From assembly GCA_049591295.1 (NCBI GenBank), contig JBAWEQ010000130.1, positions 17,138 to 81,137 of the forward strand: a stretch of 64,000 bases of DNA. Direction: 5' to 3'. This document shows, piece by piece, positions 11,741 to 23,306 of this stretch. Every line of letters begins with the position of its first letter. The stretch's first letter is position 1. Under the pieces are notes generated by a model. It was given only the letters and a program-made list of their open reading frames with translations. It was not told where the DNA came from and did not search any database. A program made the position numbers and the translations under genes. This stretch comes from Acidobacteriota bacterium. GTDB taxonomy: Bacteria > Acidobacteriota > UBA4820 > DSQY01.

Positions 11741-11878
11741 ATGAAGAGAACCTACCAGCCCAACAGGCATCGCCGAGCCAAGACGCACGGCTTCCGTGCG
11801 CGCATGGCTACCAAGGGCGGACGAGAAGTCCTTGCCCGTAGGCGGGCGAAAGGGAGATGGCGTCTCACGCCTGCGTAA
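11741..11878 (+). CDS. rpmH: 50S ribosomal protein L34
   Basis: Not in the ORF track because it is under 60 aa. ATG 11741 to TAA 11876-11878 gives [45 protein letters not shown] (45 aa), the canonical L34 sequence. Confidence 0.95.
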   Translation: MKRTYQPNRHRRAKTHGFRARMATKGGREVLARRRAKGRWRLTPA

Positions 11879-12249
11879 CGCCCCGGACCGGATCCTTTCG
11901 AAAAGAAGACAGGGTTCGAAAGCGGCACGAATACCTGGAGAGCTATCGGCGGTGTAAGCCCATGCACACCGCGCATTTGGTGTTTTACGCCCGGCCTGGA
12001 GAGGGCGGACGACGGCGGTTTGGGTGCACGGTGCCGAAGAAGGTCGGAAAGGCGGTGACGCGAAACCGCCTGAAGCGCCTCTTCAGGGAGGTCTTCCGGA
12101 AGACGCGCCAGACGCTGCCGGAGGGGTGCGTGCTGATCGTGAATGCCAAGCGGTCCGCTTCGGACATGAGCCACCAAGACGTCCTGGACGCATTCGAGAA
12201 GATAAGCGCGCGGCTGGCTGTGGAGGGATATCCCCCGTGCGAGCCGTGA
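11857..12249 (+). CDS. rnpA: Ribonuclease P protein component
   Basis: 130-aa basic protein with ...[21 protein letters not shown] (RNR motif). Conserved position after rpmH. The only in-frame ATG (11857) overlaps rpmH by 22 nt, so the exact start is uncertain. Confidence 0.85.
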   Translation: MASHACVTPRTGSFRKEDRVRKRHEYLESYRRCKPMHTAHLVFYARPGEGGRRRFGCTVPKKVGKAVTRNRLKRLFREVFRKTRQTLPEGCVLIVNAKRSASDMSHQDVLDAFEKISARLAVEGYPPCEP

Positions 12250-12470
12250 TGCTCCTCCTGATCCGACTCTACCAGTGGACCTTGAGCCCCTGGCTGGGGA
12301 GGGCCTGCCGATTTTACCCCTCGTGCTCGGAATACACTTATCGGGCCATATCCGAATACGGCGCGGTCAAGGGCGGGTGGATGGGGATGCGGCGCGTGTT
12401 GAGATGCAACCCCTTCTGCGATGGCGGATATGACCCTGTGCCGGCGCCGGCCGGAAAACGGAGCAAGTAG
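12249..12470 (+). CDS. yidD: Membrane protein insertion efficiency factor YidD
   Basis: 73 aa: [66 protein letters not shown] overlaps the rnpA stop. Confidence 0.9.
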   Translation: MLLLIRLYQWTLSPWLGRACRFYPSCSEYTYRAISEYGAVKGGWMGMRRVLRCNPFCDGGYDPVPAPAGKRSK

Positions 12471-14231
12471 ATGGAGCAACTGGGACAGGACGACCCGCAC
12501 AGCGGAAGGAACATCCTCTGGGCCACGCTGATCATGGCGGTGATCTTTATCGCGTGGGCGTACTTCATGTCCACGCCTCCAGCCAAGGTGCCCGCGGAGG
12601 CGAAGCCGGCACAGAAGGCGGCGGTGGCAAGCAAGCCGGAGGGGAAGGAGCCGGTTGAGGCACCGGCTGCGGTGCTGCCGGGCGGCGGGCAGCCCGTAGC
12701 GGACAGTACGGCGCGCGACTATACGGTGGCCAACGGGGACCTGGAATTGCAGGTGACGAACCGCGGTGCCCTTCTGGGCCAGGTGTTGCTCCTCAAATAC
12801 AAGGAAAAGGGAGGCAAGGCCAGTGACCTGGTGTCGCCTCTGTCGGCCGCCACGGGCAGTCTGCCTCTCGCCATTGAAACTGGGGACAAGGCCTACGACG
12901 AGCTCGTCAATTCCGCCCTGTTCCACGTGGAACAGACGGAGCGGAAGGGCGGAGGGACGTCCCTCGACATGAGCTGGTCCGACGGCAAGGGAGATGCCGT
13001 TGAAAAGAAACTGGACCTCCCGTCGTCGGGGTACGCGGTGGATTTTGCGGTCAAGGCCTTTAAGGCTGGGCGGCCGCTGGATCCCGTTCCGCTGGTCTGG
13101 GGCCCGGGGTTTGGCCGACTGCTCGCGAGCGAAGCCAAAAACAGGTACTACCAGCAGGAATACGTGGGTGTGTCGGAAGGCGGGAGCTTCGAAAAGATCG
13201 TGCGGGGAAAGGTCAGCGCTGAGAAGGGCACGACGGTCAACGAGCTGGGCGCAAAGGGACCCATCGAGTGGGCCGCGATCACGGACAACTACTTCGGAGC
13301 GATCTTCGCTCCTGACTCGCCGATGCCGTGGGCCAAGGTGGAGACCCAATGGCTGACTCCGGAGGAGCAGAAGGTCCATCCGACGGATTCGGACATCAGC
13401 CTCGTGGTTGGATTTCCGGGGAGCGGGAAGCTATACCTCATCCCCAAGGAATGGCACCTGCTTTCCGGCATGGGCGACCACTTCTACAAGCTCACCGACT
13501 GGGGGATCCTGGGTCCGTTCTGCGCGATTCTGTTGTGGGGCCTCAAGAAACTCTACGCCCTGAGCGGGAACTACGGGATCGCCATCCTCCTGCTGACGCT
13601 CGTGATCAAAGTGGCCTTTTACCCTCTCACCCAGCGCTCCATGGTTAAGATGAAGGAGATGGGCGAGGGCATGAAGCGGCTCAAGCCGCAGATAGACCGG
13701 ATCAAGAGCAAGTACAAGAAGCTGCCCAAGGACATGGGCAATCGCACGAAGATGAACGAAGAGATGATGGCCCTCTACCAGCGCGAGGGCATCAATCCCC
13801 TCTCGGGCATGGGGGGATGCCTGCCCATGCTGCTCCAGATGCCCGTCTTCTTCGCGCTCTTCGAGCTTCTGCCGCGGGCCATCGAGCTGAGGGGAGCCCC
13901 ATTTTTCGGCTGGATCCACGATCTGTCGTCTCCCGATCCGTACTACATCGCGCCCATCATCATGGGTTTGTCCATGGTGGTGTCAACCAGGATGACGGCC
14001 ACACAAGGGATGGAGGGACCGCAGAAGCTCATGCTGTGGTTCCTGCCGATCATGTTCACGTGGTTCTGCCTCTGGGCACCCGCAGGGCTGACCCTGTACT
14101 GGCTCGCCAACAACCTTCTGACCATGGGACAGCAGGCCATCATCAATAGGCAAGTTGCCCAGAGGAAGGAGGCCGTCGCGAAGGCCAGGAAGTCGACACC
14201 AAAGGGGCCATCGAAGCCGTCTCATGCCTGA
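12471..14231 (+). CDS. yidC: Membrane protein insertase YidC
   Basis: 586 aa: N-terminal TM, large periplasmic domain, C-terminal 60-kDa insertase core (LLTLVIKVAFYPLT, GGCLPMLLQMPVFFALF, LYWLANNLLTMGQQ). Confidence 0.96.
   Translation: MEQLGQDDPHSGRNILWATLIMAVIFIAWAYFMSTPPAKVPAEAKPAQKAAVASKPEGKEPVEAPAAVLPGGGQPVADSTARDYTVANGDLELQVTNRGALLGQVLLLKYKEKGGKASDLVSPLSAATGSLPLAIETGDKAYDELVNSALFHVEQTERKGGGTSLDMSWSDGKGDAVEKKLDLPSSGYAVDFAVKAFKAGRPLDPVPLVWGPGFGRLLASEAKNRYYQQEYVGVSEGGSFEKIVRGKVSAEKGTTVNELGAKGPIEWAAITDNYFGAIFAPDSPMPWAKVETQWLTPEEQKVHPTDSDISLVVGFPGSGKLYLIPKEWHLLSGMGDHFYKLTDWGILGPFCAILLWGLKKLYALSGNYGIAILLLTLVIKVAFYPLTQRSMVKMKEMGEGMKRLKPQIDRIKSKYKKLPKDMGNRTKMNEEMMALYQREGINPLSGMGGCLPMLLQMPVFFALFELLPRAIELRGAPFFGWIHDLSSPDPYYIAPIIMGLSMVVSTRMTATQGMEGPQKLMLWFLPIMFTWFCLWAPAGLTLYWLANNLLTMGQQAIINRQVAQRKEAVAKARKSTPKGPSKPSHA
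12919..12934. promoter_or_regulatory. parS centromere-like site (inside yidC)
   Basis: Perfect 16-bp palindrome TGTTCCACGTGGAACA. Matches the canonical parS TGTTTCACGTGAAACA at 14 of 16 positions, with a symmetric T>C / A>G change. Confidence 0.75.
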
Positions 14232-15564
14232 CCTGACCGATACGATCGTGGCCGAGGCCACTCCTCCCGGACGGGGTTCTGTTCGGGTGATCCGAATCAG
14301 CGGTTCCGCGGCGGCCGCCCTTCTTGGGGCGGCCTTCGTGGCTTCAGGGGTGGAGCCGATGGAGCGGCCGAGGCGCCTGTGCCTCGGGACGCTGCTAAGC
14401 GCCGCAGGCGAGCCGTTGGACCGGGTGCTGGCCGTGTGGTTCCCCGCCCCGCACTCACTGACCGGAGAGGATGTGGCCGAGATCCACGTGCATGGCGGCA
14501 GGGGAATCGTGCGTGGTGGGCTGGAGAGCCTCGAAAGGCTCGGGGGGCGCGTGGCCCTCCCCGGTGAGTTCTCGTATCGCGCCTACCTGAACGGGAAAGT
14601 CTCTCTGATGGAGGCGGAGGCCGTTAACGCGCTCGTGGAGGCAGAGACCGCGGCGCAGGCCGTACGAGTCGGCGGTATGTTGCACGGCCGACTCTCTGAG
14701 GACCTGGCCAACCTCCGATCGGAGCTGCTCTCCCTGCGCGCCGATTGGGAGGCGCGGATTGACTTTCCGGAAGAGACGGGAGACGGCGGAGCCGATCGAA
14801 ATCGCATCGCGGGATTGCTGGAGAGGCTGGCTAGACTGGAAGAAGATGGAAGGGCTGTAAGGTTCATGAGAGAAGGATGGCGGCTTGCCCTGGTGGGAAG
14901 GGTCAACACCGGGAAGTCGTCGCTCTTTAATGCCCTCCTCAAGAGGGAACGGGCGCTGGTAACGCCGCACCCGGGTACGACGCGGGACGTCATCGAGGAA
15001 TCGATCGAAGTGGGAGGATACCCGGTGGTCCTCCAGGATACGGCCGGCGTCCGCGCCGCATGTGATCCGGTGGAGGCCGCCGGAGTCGTGCGAAGTCGCG
15101 AGACCGCGGGGCAAGCAGACGGGACTCTCTTCGTCTACGACGCGGCCGCAGGATGGGGTTCCGAGGATGAAATCCTCCTGGCGGGGTTAGAGAGGCCGCC
15201 GATCGGCATTCTTGCGAACAAGCGAGACCTTCCGCAGAGTGGAGAGCGCCGGGAGGGAGCCCTCTGGGTCAGTGCAAGAACGGGGGAGGGGCTGAAGGAA
15301 GTCGTGCATCTTCTCGAACGCTGGATGGAAGGTTCCCTGCCCCGAAGCATCCCGGCGCTGGTGTGCGAGCGGCAAGTGGAGGCCGTTCGAAGGGCCTCCG
15401 ATGGTTGCCGCGAGGCCATGGAAGCACTGCGGGCCGGCTACTCCGAAGAGGTGGCCCTGCAGGGGCTGGGGCGCGCCCAGCGCGCCATGGATGAGCTGTT
15501 GGGGGGTAGCGGTGGGGAGCAATTGTACGACCTGATCTTTGCCCGATTTTGCATCGGGAAGTAG
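14224..15564 (+). CDS. mnmE: tRNA modification GTPase MnmE
   Basis: From ATG 14224: [28 protein letters not shown]-domain [14 protein letters not shown] and DTAG. C-terminal FARFCIGK. The start overlaps the yidC stop. Confidence 0.95.
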   Translation: MPDLTDTIVAEATPPGRGSVRVIRISGSAAAALLGAAFVASGVEPMERPRRLCLGTLLSAAGEPLDRVLAVWFPAPHSLTGEDVAEIHVHGGRGIVRGGLESLERLGGRVALPGEFSYRAYLNGKVSLMEAEAVNALVEAETAAQAVRVGGMLHGRLSEDLANLRSELLSLRADWEARIDFPEETGDGGADRNRIAGLLERLARLEEDGRAVRFMREGWRLALVGRVNTGKSSLFNALLKRERALVTPHPGTTRDVIEESIEVGGYPVVLQDTAGVRAACDPVEAAGVVRSRETAGQADGTLFVYDAAAGWGSEDEILLAGLERPPIGILANKRDLPQSGERREGALWVSARTGEGLKEVVHLLERWMEGSLPRSIPALVCERQVEAVRRASDGCREAMEALRAGYSEEVALQGLGRAQRAMDELLGGSGGEQLYDLIFARFCIGK

Positions 15565-15581
15565 GCGGGGGAGGTTGGCCC

Positions 15582-17432
15582 GTGGCTCAAACGCTGGCAT
15601 TCGAGGCGACGGTGGTGGGTGGGGGGCACGCGGGTGTGGAGGCCGCCTCGGTTCTGGCCAGGAAGGGCCTGGCCACTGCTCTGGTGACCGATTCCGTGGA
15701 GTCCATCGGGCGGATGTCCTGCAATCCCTCCATCGGGGGCATTGGCAAGGGACACCTCGTGCGGGAGCTGGATGCGCTAGGCGGGGTCATGGCGAAATCG
15801 GCCGACGCCACGGGGATCCATTTCAGGCTCCTCAATGCCAGCAAGGGCCCTGCCGTACAGGGACTCAGGAGCCAGAACGACCGGCTGGCCTACCAGCGGG
15901 AGATAAGGCGCACTCTCGAGGGAACGCCGAATCTGACCCTCGTCGAGGGGCGGGCCGTCGAGCTGGGATTCGGGGGCGGCGCCGTGACGGGGGTCGGCCT
16001 CGCGGACGGACGTTGGCTGGATTGCAAAGTCGTCGTAGTGTGCGGAGGCACCTTCCTGAACGCCGTGATGCACGTGGGCCAGGAGCGCACCGCGGGAGGA
16101 CGGCTGGGAGAATTCTCCGCTGAAGCCCTGGGGAGATCCCTCGCACGGATCGGACTCGCCATGCGGCGCTTCAAGACCGGCACGCCGCCGCGGCTGGCGA
16201 GGGGCTCCATACGCTGGGAGGCTCTGGACGCGCAGCCGGGGGATGATGAGCCCGAACCCTTCTCGATTCACAGCGATCCCTTTCCCGTTCTGCCGCAGGG
16301 GGTATGCCATGTGACCCGCACCACGCCCGAGGTGGCGCGGATCATTCGGGCCAACTTGGACCGCTCTCCCCTCTACTCCGGAATCATCAAGGGTACGGGA
16401 CCGCGCTATTGTCCATCCATAGAGGACAAGGTAGTCAAATTTCCCCACCACGACAGCCATCTCGTGTTTCTTGAGCCGGACGGGGTAGACTCGGAAGAGA
16501 TCTACCCGAACGGAATATCCACATCGCTGCCCCAGGACGTTCAGGAGGCCATCGTGCGCGCCATCCCGGGCCTGGAGAAGGCCGTGTTCCTGAGGTACGG
16601 ATACGCCGTCGAGTACGATTTCATGGACCCGGTTGGGCTGAAGCCGACGCTGGAATCCAAGACGGCGCGCGGCCTCTACCTCGCTGGGCAGGTCAACGGT
16701 ACCACCGGCTACGAAGAGGCGGCGGCCCAGGGCTTCTGGGCGGGGCTGAACGGGGCCAGGGCCCTGCGCCGCGAACCTCCCTTCTTGCCCGGCCGCGACC
16801 AGGCCTACGCCGCGGTTCTCGTGGACGATCTGGTGACGAGGGGCGTGCTCGAGCCCTACCGGATGTTTACGTCGAGAGCCGAATGCAGGCTCCTGCTCGA
16901 TCGCCACAGCGCCTATCGTAGGCTGAGCGCGCTCACGGAGGGCGACCGCCTTCGCCGCCCTGAGGAGGAGGAGCGCATTCGAGCGCGTGAACGCAAGGTG
17001 GGATCGCTCTTGGAGCACGTGTCGCGAAACAGCGTGATGATGGACGGCGAGGCCGTCAGCCTGAAGCGCCTGCTGGCGAGACCGGAAACGAGCTACCGCG
17101 ACCTGTCTCCCTTTCTAACGGAGGCTGAACCGCCTCCCAGGTCGATTGGACTGTACCTGGAGTCGGAGGTCAAGGGAGAGGGGTACCGCGAGCGGGAGCA
17201 GGCGTTGGCCAGAAAGACGCTGGCCGCATTCTCCATGCGGATTCCGGAGGACTTCCGATACGAGGGGGTGCCAGGGCTGAGCGCGGAGATGGTCGACCGC
17301 CTCAGGGCGGTGGCGCCGCGGACGCTGGCGCAGGCGGCCCGGATCCCCGGAGTCACGCCGGCGGCCTTAACGATCGTACGCCTGACGGTGGAGGCGGCGC
17401 GAAGGGAGAGACGTGACCGATCGGCTGGATGA
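15582..17432 (+). CDS. mnmG: tRNA uridine 5-carboxymethylaminomethyl modification enzyme MnmG (GidA)
   Basis: FAD motif [50 protein letters not shown] 15582 preferred (GGGGGAGG SD upstream, downstream of the mnmE stop). The ORF-track start 15549 overlaps mnmE. Confidence 0.95.
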   Translation: MAQTLAFEATVVGGGHAGVEAASVLARKGLATALVTDSVESIGRMSCNPSIGGIGKGHLVRELDALGGVMAKSADATGIHFRLLNASKGPAVQGLRSQNDRLAYQREIRRTLEGTPNLTLVEGRAVELGFGGGAVTGVGLADGRWLDCKVVVVCGGTFLNAVMHVGQERTAGGRLGEFSAEALGRSLARIGLAMRRFKTGTPPRLARGSIRWEALDAQPGDDEPEPFSIHSDPFPVLPQGVCHVTRTTPEVARIIRANLDRSPLYSGIIKGTGPRYCPSIEDKVVKFPHHDSHLVFLEPDGVDSEEIYPNGISTSLPQDVQEAIVRAIPGLEKAVFLRYGYAVEYDFMDPVGLKPTLESKTARGLYLAGQVNGTTGYEEAAAQGFWAGLNGARALRREPPFLPGRDQAYAAVLVDDLVTRGVLEPYRMFTSRAECRLLLDRHSAYRRLSALTEGDRLRRPEEEERIRARERKVGSLLEHVSRNSVMMDGEAVSLKRLLARPETSYRDLSPFLTEAEPPPRSIGLYLESEVKGEGYREREQALARKTLAAFSMRIPEDFRYEGVPGLSAEMVDRLRAVAPRTLAQAARIPGVTPAALTIVRLTVEAARRERRDRSAG

Positions 17433-18000
17433 GTACTTAAGTCTCCTGCTGAAGTGGAACAGGGCAGCGGGGCTTACCGCCTTCGATGGCCGGGAGGAGG
17501 CGCTGGCCAAGGGTGTGCTTCCCTCTCTGGCAGCCGAACCGTGGCTTCGAGTGGGGTGGAGGGTGATCGATGCGGGGAGCGGAGGAGGCTTTCCTGCCAT
17601 CCCGCTGGCGTTGAAGCGCCCCGATCTCCGCTGGACGCTGGTGGAGCCCAACGCGGCCAAGGCGGCCTTTCTGCGGGAGGCGGCACGGCATCTGGCGCTG
17701 GAGACCGAGGTGGTTGAGGCCACCTTGGAGGCGCTGCTGGCTGGAAAGCAGCGGCAGTGGGACGCCGCAACGATACGGGGCCTGCGGTTACGGAAAGGCC
17801 CCCTCAGGCGGCTCGTGCGGGCCTTGACGCCGGGCGGACGCATCCTGGTGTGGAGCGCAGGAGACAGGGCGGCCGAGTACCGGCTGTGGCTTGAAGAGAT
17901 CGGCCTGGCCGTCAAGCCCGTCCCCACAGGCCAGCATGGGCTCGTGCTTCTATCCGGCGATGTTCCACGTGGAACATCCGAAGCGCCGCCCATACCGTGA
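17413..18000 (+). CDS. rsmG: 16S rRNA (guanine527-N7)-methyltransferase RsmG (GidB)
   Basis: 195 aa. [15 protein letters not shown] motif [16 protein letters not shown], conserved position after mnmG. GTG start overlaps the mnmG 3' end. Confidence 0.9.
   Translation: MTDRLDEYLSLLLKWNRAAGLTAFDGREEALAKGVLPSLAAEPWLRVGWRVIDAGSGGGFPAIPLALKRPDLRWTLVEPNAAKAAFLREAARHLALETEVVEATLEALLAGKQRQWDAATIRGLRLRKGPLRRLVRALTPGGRILVWSAGDRAAEYRLWLEEIGLAVKPVPTGQHGLVLLSGDVPRGTSEAPPIP
17961..17976. promoter_or_regulatory. parS centromere-like site (3' end of rsmG, 119 nt upstream of parA)
   Basis: Second exact copy of TGTTCCACGTGGAACA, translated as VPRGT within rsmG. Confidence 0.8.
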
Positions 18001-18094
18001 CGGTCCGTCTTGAGCCGCCCCAGGGCCGCGCGATTCTCCACAAGGCGTTGAGCCTGCCCCCCCGATGTGGTACAAACGGGTGGGAGGATACCCC

Positions 18095-18859
18095 GTGGGC
18101 CAGATCATCGCTGTAGCCAACCAAAAGGGCGGAGTCGGCAAGACCACCACCGTCATCAATCTGGGCGCTTCGCTGGCCGCCGCCGAGAAGCGGGTGCTGC
18201 TGGTGGATTTCGACCCGCAGGCCAACTGCACCTCGGGCCTTGGGTTTTCCAGGGACGGGAGCGAGGCCAACGCGTACACGGTGCTCTCGGGCCACCACCG
18301 GCTAGCCGAAGCCATCGTAGCCTGCGGGCTCCCGAACCTTTGGCTCCTGCCTGGGGCGATCGCCCTGGCCGGTGCAGAGGTCGAACTGGCGTCCATGAAG
18401 GATCGCGAGTTCGTGCTGCGGAGGCTCGTCGAACCTCTTCGCAGCGAATACGACTACCTTCTCGTGGATTGCCCTCCTTCCCTCGGCCTGCTCACCCTGA
18501 ACGCCCTGGTGGCAGCCGACCAAGTGCTGATTCCCATTCAGGCCGAGTACTACGCCCTGGAGGGGGTGACCCAGCTTCTCCAGACCATCGAACGGGTCCA
18601 GAATTCCCTGAACCCGACCCTGGGAGTGCGTGGCGTTCTCCTGACCATGGTGGATGAGCGCACCAACCTGGGACGGCAGGTATCCAGCGAGGTTCAGCGC
18701 CACTTCGGCCGCAAGGTCTACCAGAGCTACATCCCCCGGAATGTCCGCCTCGCCGAGTCCCCCTCCTTCGGCAAGCCGGTCATTCTGTACGACATTGCCT
18801 CGCGAGGGGCGCAGAGCTACCTTCGGGTGGCCAAGGAGTTTCTCGCCCATGAATCCTAA
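18095..18859 (+). CDS. parA: Chromosome partitioning ATPase ParA (Soj)
   Basis: VGQIIAVANQKGGVGKTTT deviant Walker A; DCPPSLGLLT; IPRNVRLAESPSFGKPV. GTG 18095 has a GGGAGGA SD 7 nt upstream. ORF-track ATG 18065 is an alternative. Confidence 0.95.
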   Translation: MGQIIAVANQKGGVGKTTTVINLGASLAAAEKRVLLVDFDPQANCTSGLGFSRDGSEANAYTVLSGHHRLAEAIVACGLPNLWLLPGAIALAGAEVELASMKDREFVLRRLVEPLRSEYDYLLVDCPPSLGLLTLNALVAADQVLIPIQAEYYALEGVTQLLQTIERVQNSLNPTLGVRGVLLTMVDERTNLGRQVSSEVQRHFGRKVYQSYIPRNVRLAESPSFGKPVILYDIASRGAQSYLRVAKEFLAHES

Positions 18860-19697
18860 GAATGCCCTGGGGCGGGGCCTAGACGCCCTCATCGGACCCT
18901 CCGGGCCGGAGCCACGTCGGGTGCTGGAGGTGGAGGTCCATCGTCTCCGCCCCAACCCTCGGCAGCCCAGGGTCCACTTCGAGGAGGGGGCGCTGGAAGA
19001 GCTGGCGCGCTCCATCGAGGCGAACGGGCTCCTCCAGCCCATTCTTGTGCGCCCGGCGGGCGGCGAGTATGAAATCATCGCGGGGGAGCGGCGCTGGAGG
19101 GCCGCGCAGAAGGCGGGCCTGCAGCGCGTCCCCGTGCTCGTCAAAGAGGCCGTCGATGAAGAGATGGTGGAGCTGGCCCTCGTGGAAAACCTCCAGAGGG
19201 CCGATCTCAACCCGGTGGAGGAGGCCAGGGCCTACAAACTGCTGATTGAGGAGCTGGGGCTCAAGCAGGAGGAGGTGGCTCGAAAGGTGGGCAAGGAAAG
19301 GGCCACCGTGGCCAACGCCCTGCGACTCCTGAATCTGGGCGAGACCGCCCTGCGCGCGCTCGAGGAGGGTGTGATCTCCGTGGGGCACGCCAAGGCCGTC
19401 CTGGCCCAGAGACGCCGGGAAGACCAGGAGGCACTCCTTTCGCTCATCTTGAGCAAGGGGCTCTCCGTGAGGGAGGCGGAGGCCTATCGGAAGGGAGCAA
19501 AGGAGTCGGCCAAGAAACGCCCGAAACCGGACGCGGATACGCTGGAGGCTGCCGCCAAGCTCACCCGGCTTCTCGGCTTCTCGGTGGAAATCCGCCGGCG
19601 GGGCAAGGGCGGAGAGGTGGCGGTCAAGTTCAGGGACGAGGGGGAACTCCAGACCCTCTTCGACTGGTTCCACGCCGATCTCAGGAGGACAGGATGA
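18849..19697 (+). CDS. parB: Chromosome partitioning protein ParB (Spo0J)
   Basis: From ATG 18849: MNPKNALGRGLDALIG; ParB box GLLQPILVRP...YEIIAGERRWRAA; HTH region EEVARKVGKERATVANALRLL. Overlaps the parA 3' end by 11 nt. Confidence 0.95.
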   Translation: MNPKNALGRGLDALIGPSGPEPRRVLEVEVHRLRPNPRQPRVHFEEGALEELARSIEANGLLQPILVRPAGGEYEIIAGERRWRAAQKAGLQRVPVLVKEAVDEEMVELALVENLQRADLNPVEEARAYKLLIEELGLKQEEVARKVGKERATVANALRLLNLGETALRALEEGVISVGHAKAVLAQRRREDQEALLSLILSKGLSVREAEAYRKGAKESAKKRPKPDADTLEAAAKLTRLLGFSVEIRRRGKGGEVAVKFRDEGELQTLFDWFHADLRRTG

Positions 19698-20095
19698 TCT
19701 CAAAGAGGCCTGCGGATGTGGTCCAGGTCGGTGGCATGCTGGGCGAGGGCGTCACCGTCGAAGGCGTCATGTCCTTCACCCAGACCTTCCGGGTGGACGG
19801 AGAGTTCAAAGGGAAAATCCTTCGTTCGGACCGGCTCGTGATCGGCGAGAAAGGGAAAGTCTCCGGAGAGGTGGAGGTCAACGCGCTGGTAGTCTACGGG
19901 CGCGTGGACGGCACCATCCGGGTTAAGGGTGCGGTTGAGGTCCATCCGAAGGCCTGCATTATGGGCGAACTGGAGATGACCACGCCCGCGCTCACGGTCC
20001 TGGAGGGCGGTGTCATTGAGGGGACCTTGAAGATGGCCGGCAAGACCGAGGCCCCGGCAGCACCGGTGAAGCAGATCGGCGGCAGCAAGGCCTGA
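19694..20095 (+). CDS. Bactofilin (polymer-forming cytoskeletal protein, DUF583)
   Basis: 133 aa of beta-helical repeats: VEGVMSFTQTFRVDGEFKGKI, GKVSGEVEVNALVVYGRVDGTIRVKGAVEV, LEGGVIEGTLKM. The ATG overlaps the parB stop (ATGA 19694-19697). AGGAGGA SD at 19683-19689. Confidence 0.85.
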   Translation: MISKRPADVVQVGGMLGEGVTVEGVMSFTQTFRVDGEFKGKILRSDRLVIGEKGKVSGEVEVNALVVYGRVDGTIRVKGAVEVHPKACIMGELEMTTPALTVLEGGVIEGTLKMAGKTEAPAAPVKQIGGSKA

Positions 20096-20152
20096 GTCCG
20101 TCGGCCGACGCGGAACGAGATAGGATCTGGGAACCGTTGTGGGTCCCGAAAA

Positions 20153-21418
20153 GTGAGTGACGCCTTGGACCGATACTCGGAGAGACGCAACCGCTTCGCT
20201 GCCACCCTGGCTCGGGATTCGGGCGGGCGGCCTTCCGCTGCACTCCTTCTCGCCGGGGAAGAAAGCGGGCTGAAGAAATTCGAGCCCGATCCCAACTTCT
20301 TCTACCTTACGGGTGTGGAGGTCTCACGGGCGGCTCTGCTCATGACCGCGAGCCTGGCCAAGCCCGCCGATATCCTCCTGCTCCCCGCCTCCGATCCAGC
20401 CAAGGAGCGCTGGACGGGCAGGGCTCTGACCGCGGGTGGACTCACGCCCGCCGCCCAGCCCGATCCGGAGCGGCTGGAGTCTAGCCGGCTAACCGGCCAT
20501 CCCAACATTGCGGCCTATCACGAGTTGGACGAGGCCCTGTTGCGTCCCCTCAGAGATGCTGAGTTCCTCTACGTGGACTGTCCCGAGGATGCCCTTCTGG
20601 CCCCCCTGGGGGTTTCTCAGCTTCTGGCCCAGCGCCTGCGGAGGCACTACCCGCACCTCCAGGTCCGGCACGCCGGCCGGCTGGTGGCCCAGCTTCGAAG
20701 GGTCAAGGACGATCACGAGCTGGCCCTCATGCGGCAGGCCATGGACATCACGGCGAAGGCGCACGCGGCGATCATGGGCCACCTGCGGCCGGGCCAGTTC
20801 GAGTACGAGATCCAGGCCCTCGTGGAGTATGTCTTCACCGCCTCCGGAGCCCAGTCCCCAGCGTTTCCCAGCATTATCGGGTCAGGCCCCTATTCCTGTA
20901 CGCTCCACTACGAGCGCAACCGGCGCCAAATGGATTCGGGTGAATTGGTGGTTTGCGACATTGGGTGCCGGAAGGACTACTACTGCGCCGACGTGACGCG
21001 GACCTATCCGGTTTCGGGTCGGTTCACGCCCAGGCAGCGGGAGGTTTACGAGGTGGTTCTCGGGGCCCACAGGGCCGCCGTAGCGGCCGCCAAACCCGGA
21101 GCATACGTGCGGGAAGTGCATGCGGCCGCCCTGGATCACATCGCCCGCGCCGGATACGCTCCGTACTTCTTCCACGGAACCAGCCACTATCTGGGGATCG
21201 AGGCGCACGATCCCGGCAGCTATGAACTGCCCCTCGAACCGGGCGTGGTGATCACGATCGAACCCGGAATCTATATCGCCGGTGAGGATCTGGGCGTAAG
21301 GATCGAAAACGATCTCCTGATCACCGAGACCGGTTCCGCCATCATGACCGACATTCCCACGGAAGTATCTGATATTGAAAGGCTTCTGCTGGCACCCAGG
21401 CGGAACTTCCTTCTCTAG
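20153..21418 (+). CDS. pepP: Xaa-Pro aminopeptidase (M24B family)
   Basis: 421 aa. Creatinase-like N-domain plus M24 core: ELALMRQAMDIT, metal ligands in VVCDIGCRKDYYCADVTRT, HGTSHYLGIEAHD, VITIEPGIY, GVRIEND. Confidence 0.88.
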   Translation: MSDALDRYSERRNRFAATLARDSGGRPSAALLLAGEESGLKKFEPDPNFFYLTGVEVSRAALLMTASLAKPADILLLPASDPAKERWTGRALTAGGLTPAAQPDPERLESSRLTGHPNIAAYHELDEALLRPLRDAEFLYVDCPEDALLAPLGVSQLLAQRLRRHYPHLQVRHAGRLVAQLRRVKDDHELALMRQAMDITAKAHAAIMGHLRPGQFEYEIQALVEYVFTASGAQSPAFPSIIGSGPYSCTLHYERNRRQMDSGELVVCDIGCRKDYYCADVTRTYPVSGRFTPRQREVYEVVLGAHRAAVAAAKPGAYVREVHAAALDHIARAGYAPYFFHGTSHYLGIEAHDPGSYELPLEPGVVITIEPGIYIAGEDLGVRIENDLLITETGSAIMTDIPTEVSDIERLLLAPRRNFLL

Positions 21419-21432
21419 CTCCAGCCCCCTTG

Positions 21433-23259
<1,827 letters not shown>

Positions 23260-23306
23260 GCGCGCCTCCGGTGCCGATTATATACCCGGCCCCTCGAAAC
23301 GAGCCG

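Noticed and set aside
11716-20152. oriC within the rpmH-yidC-gidAB-parAB cluster.
   Set aside because: No dnaA/dnaN, no cluster of DnaA boxes (only an isolated 8-of-9 match, ATATCCACA, inside mnmG near 16514), and no AT-rich unwinding region. All intergenic gaps here are under 100 bp.
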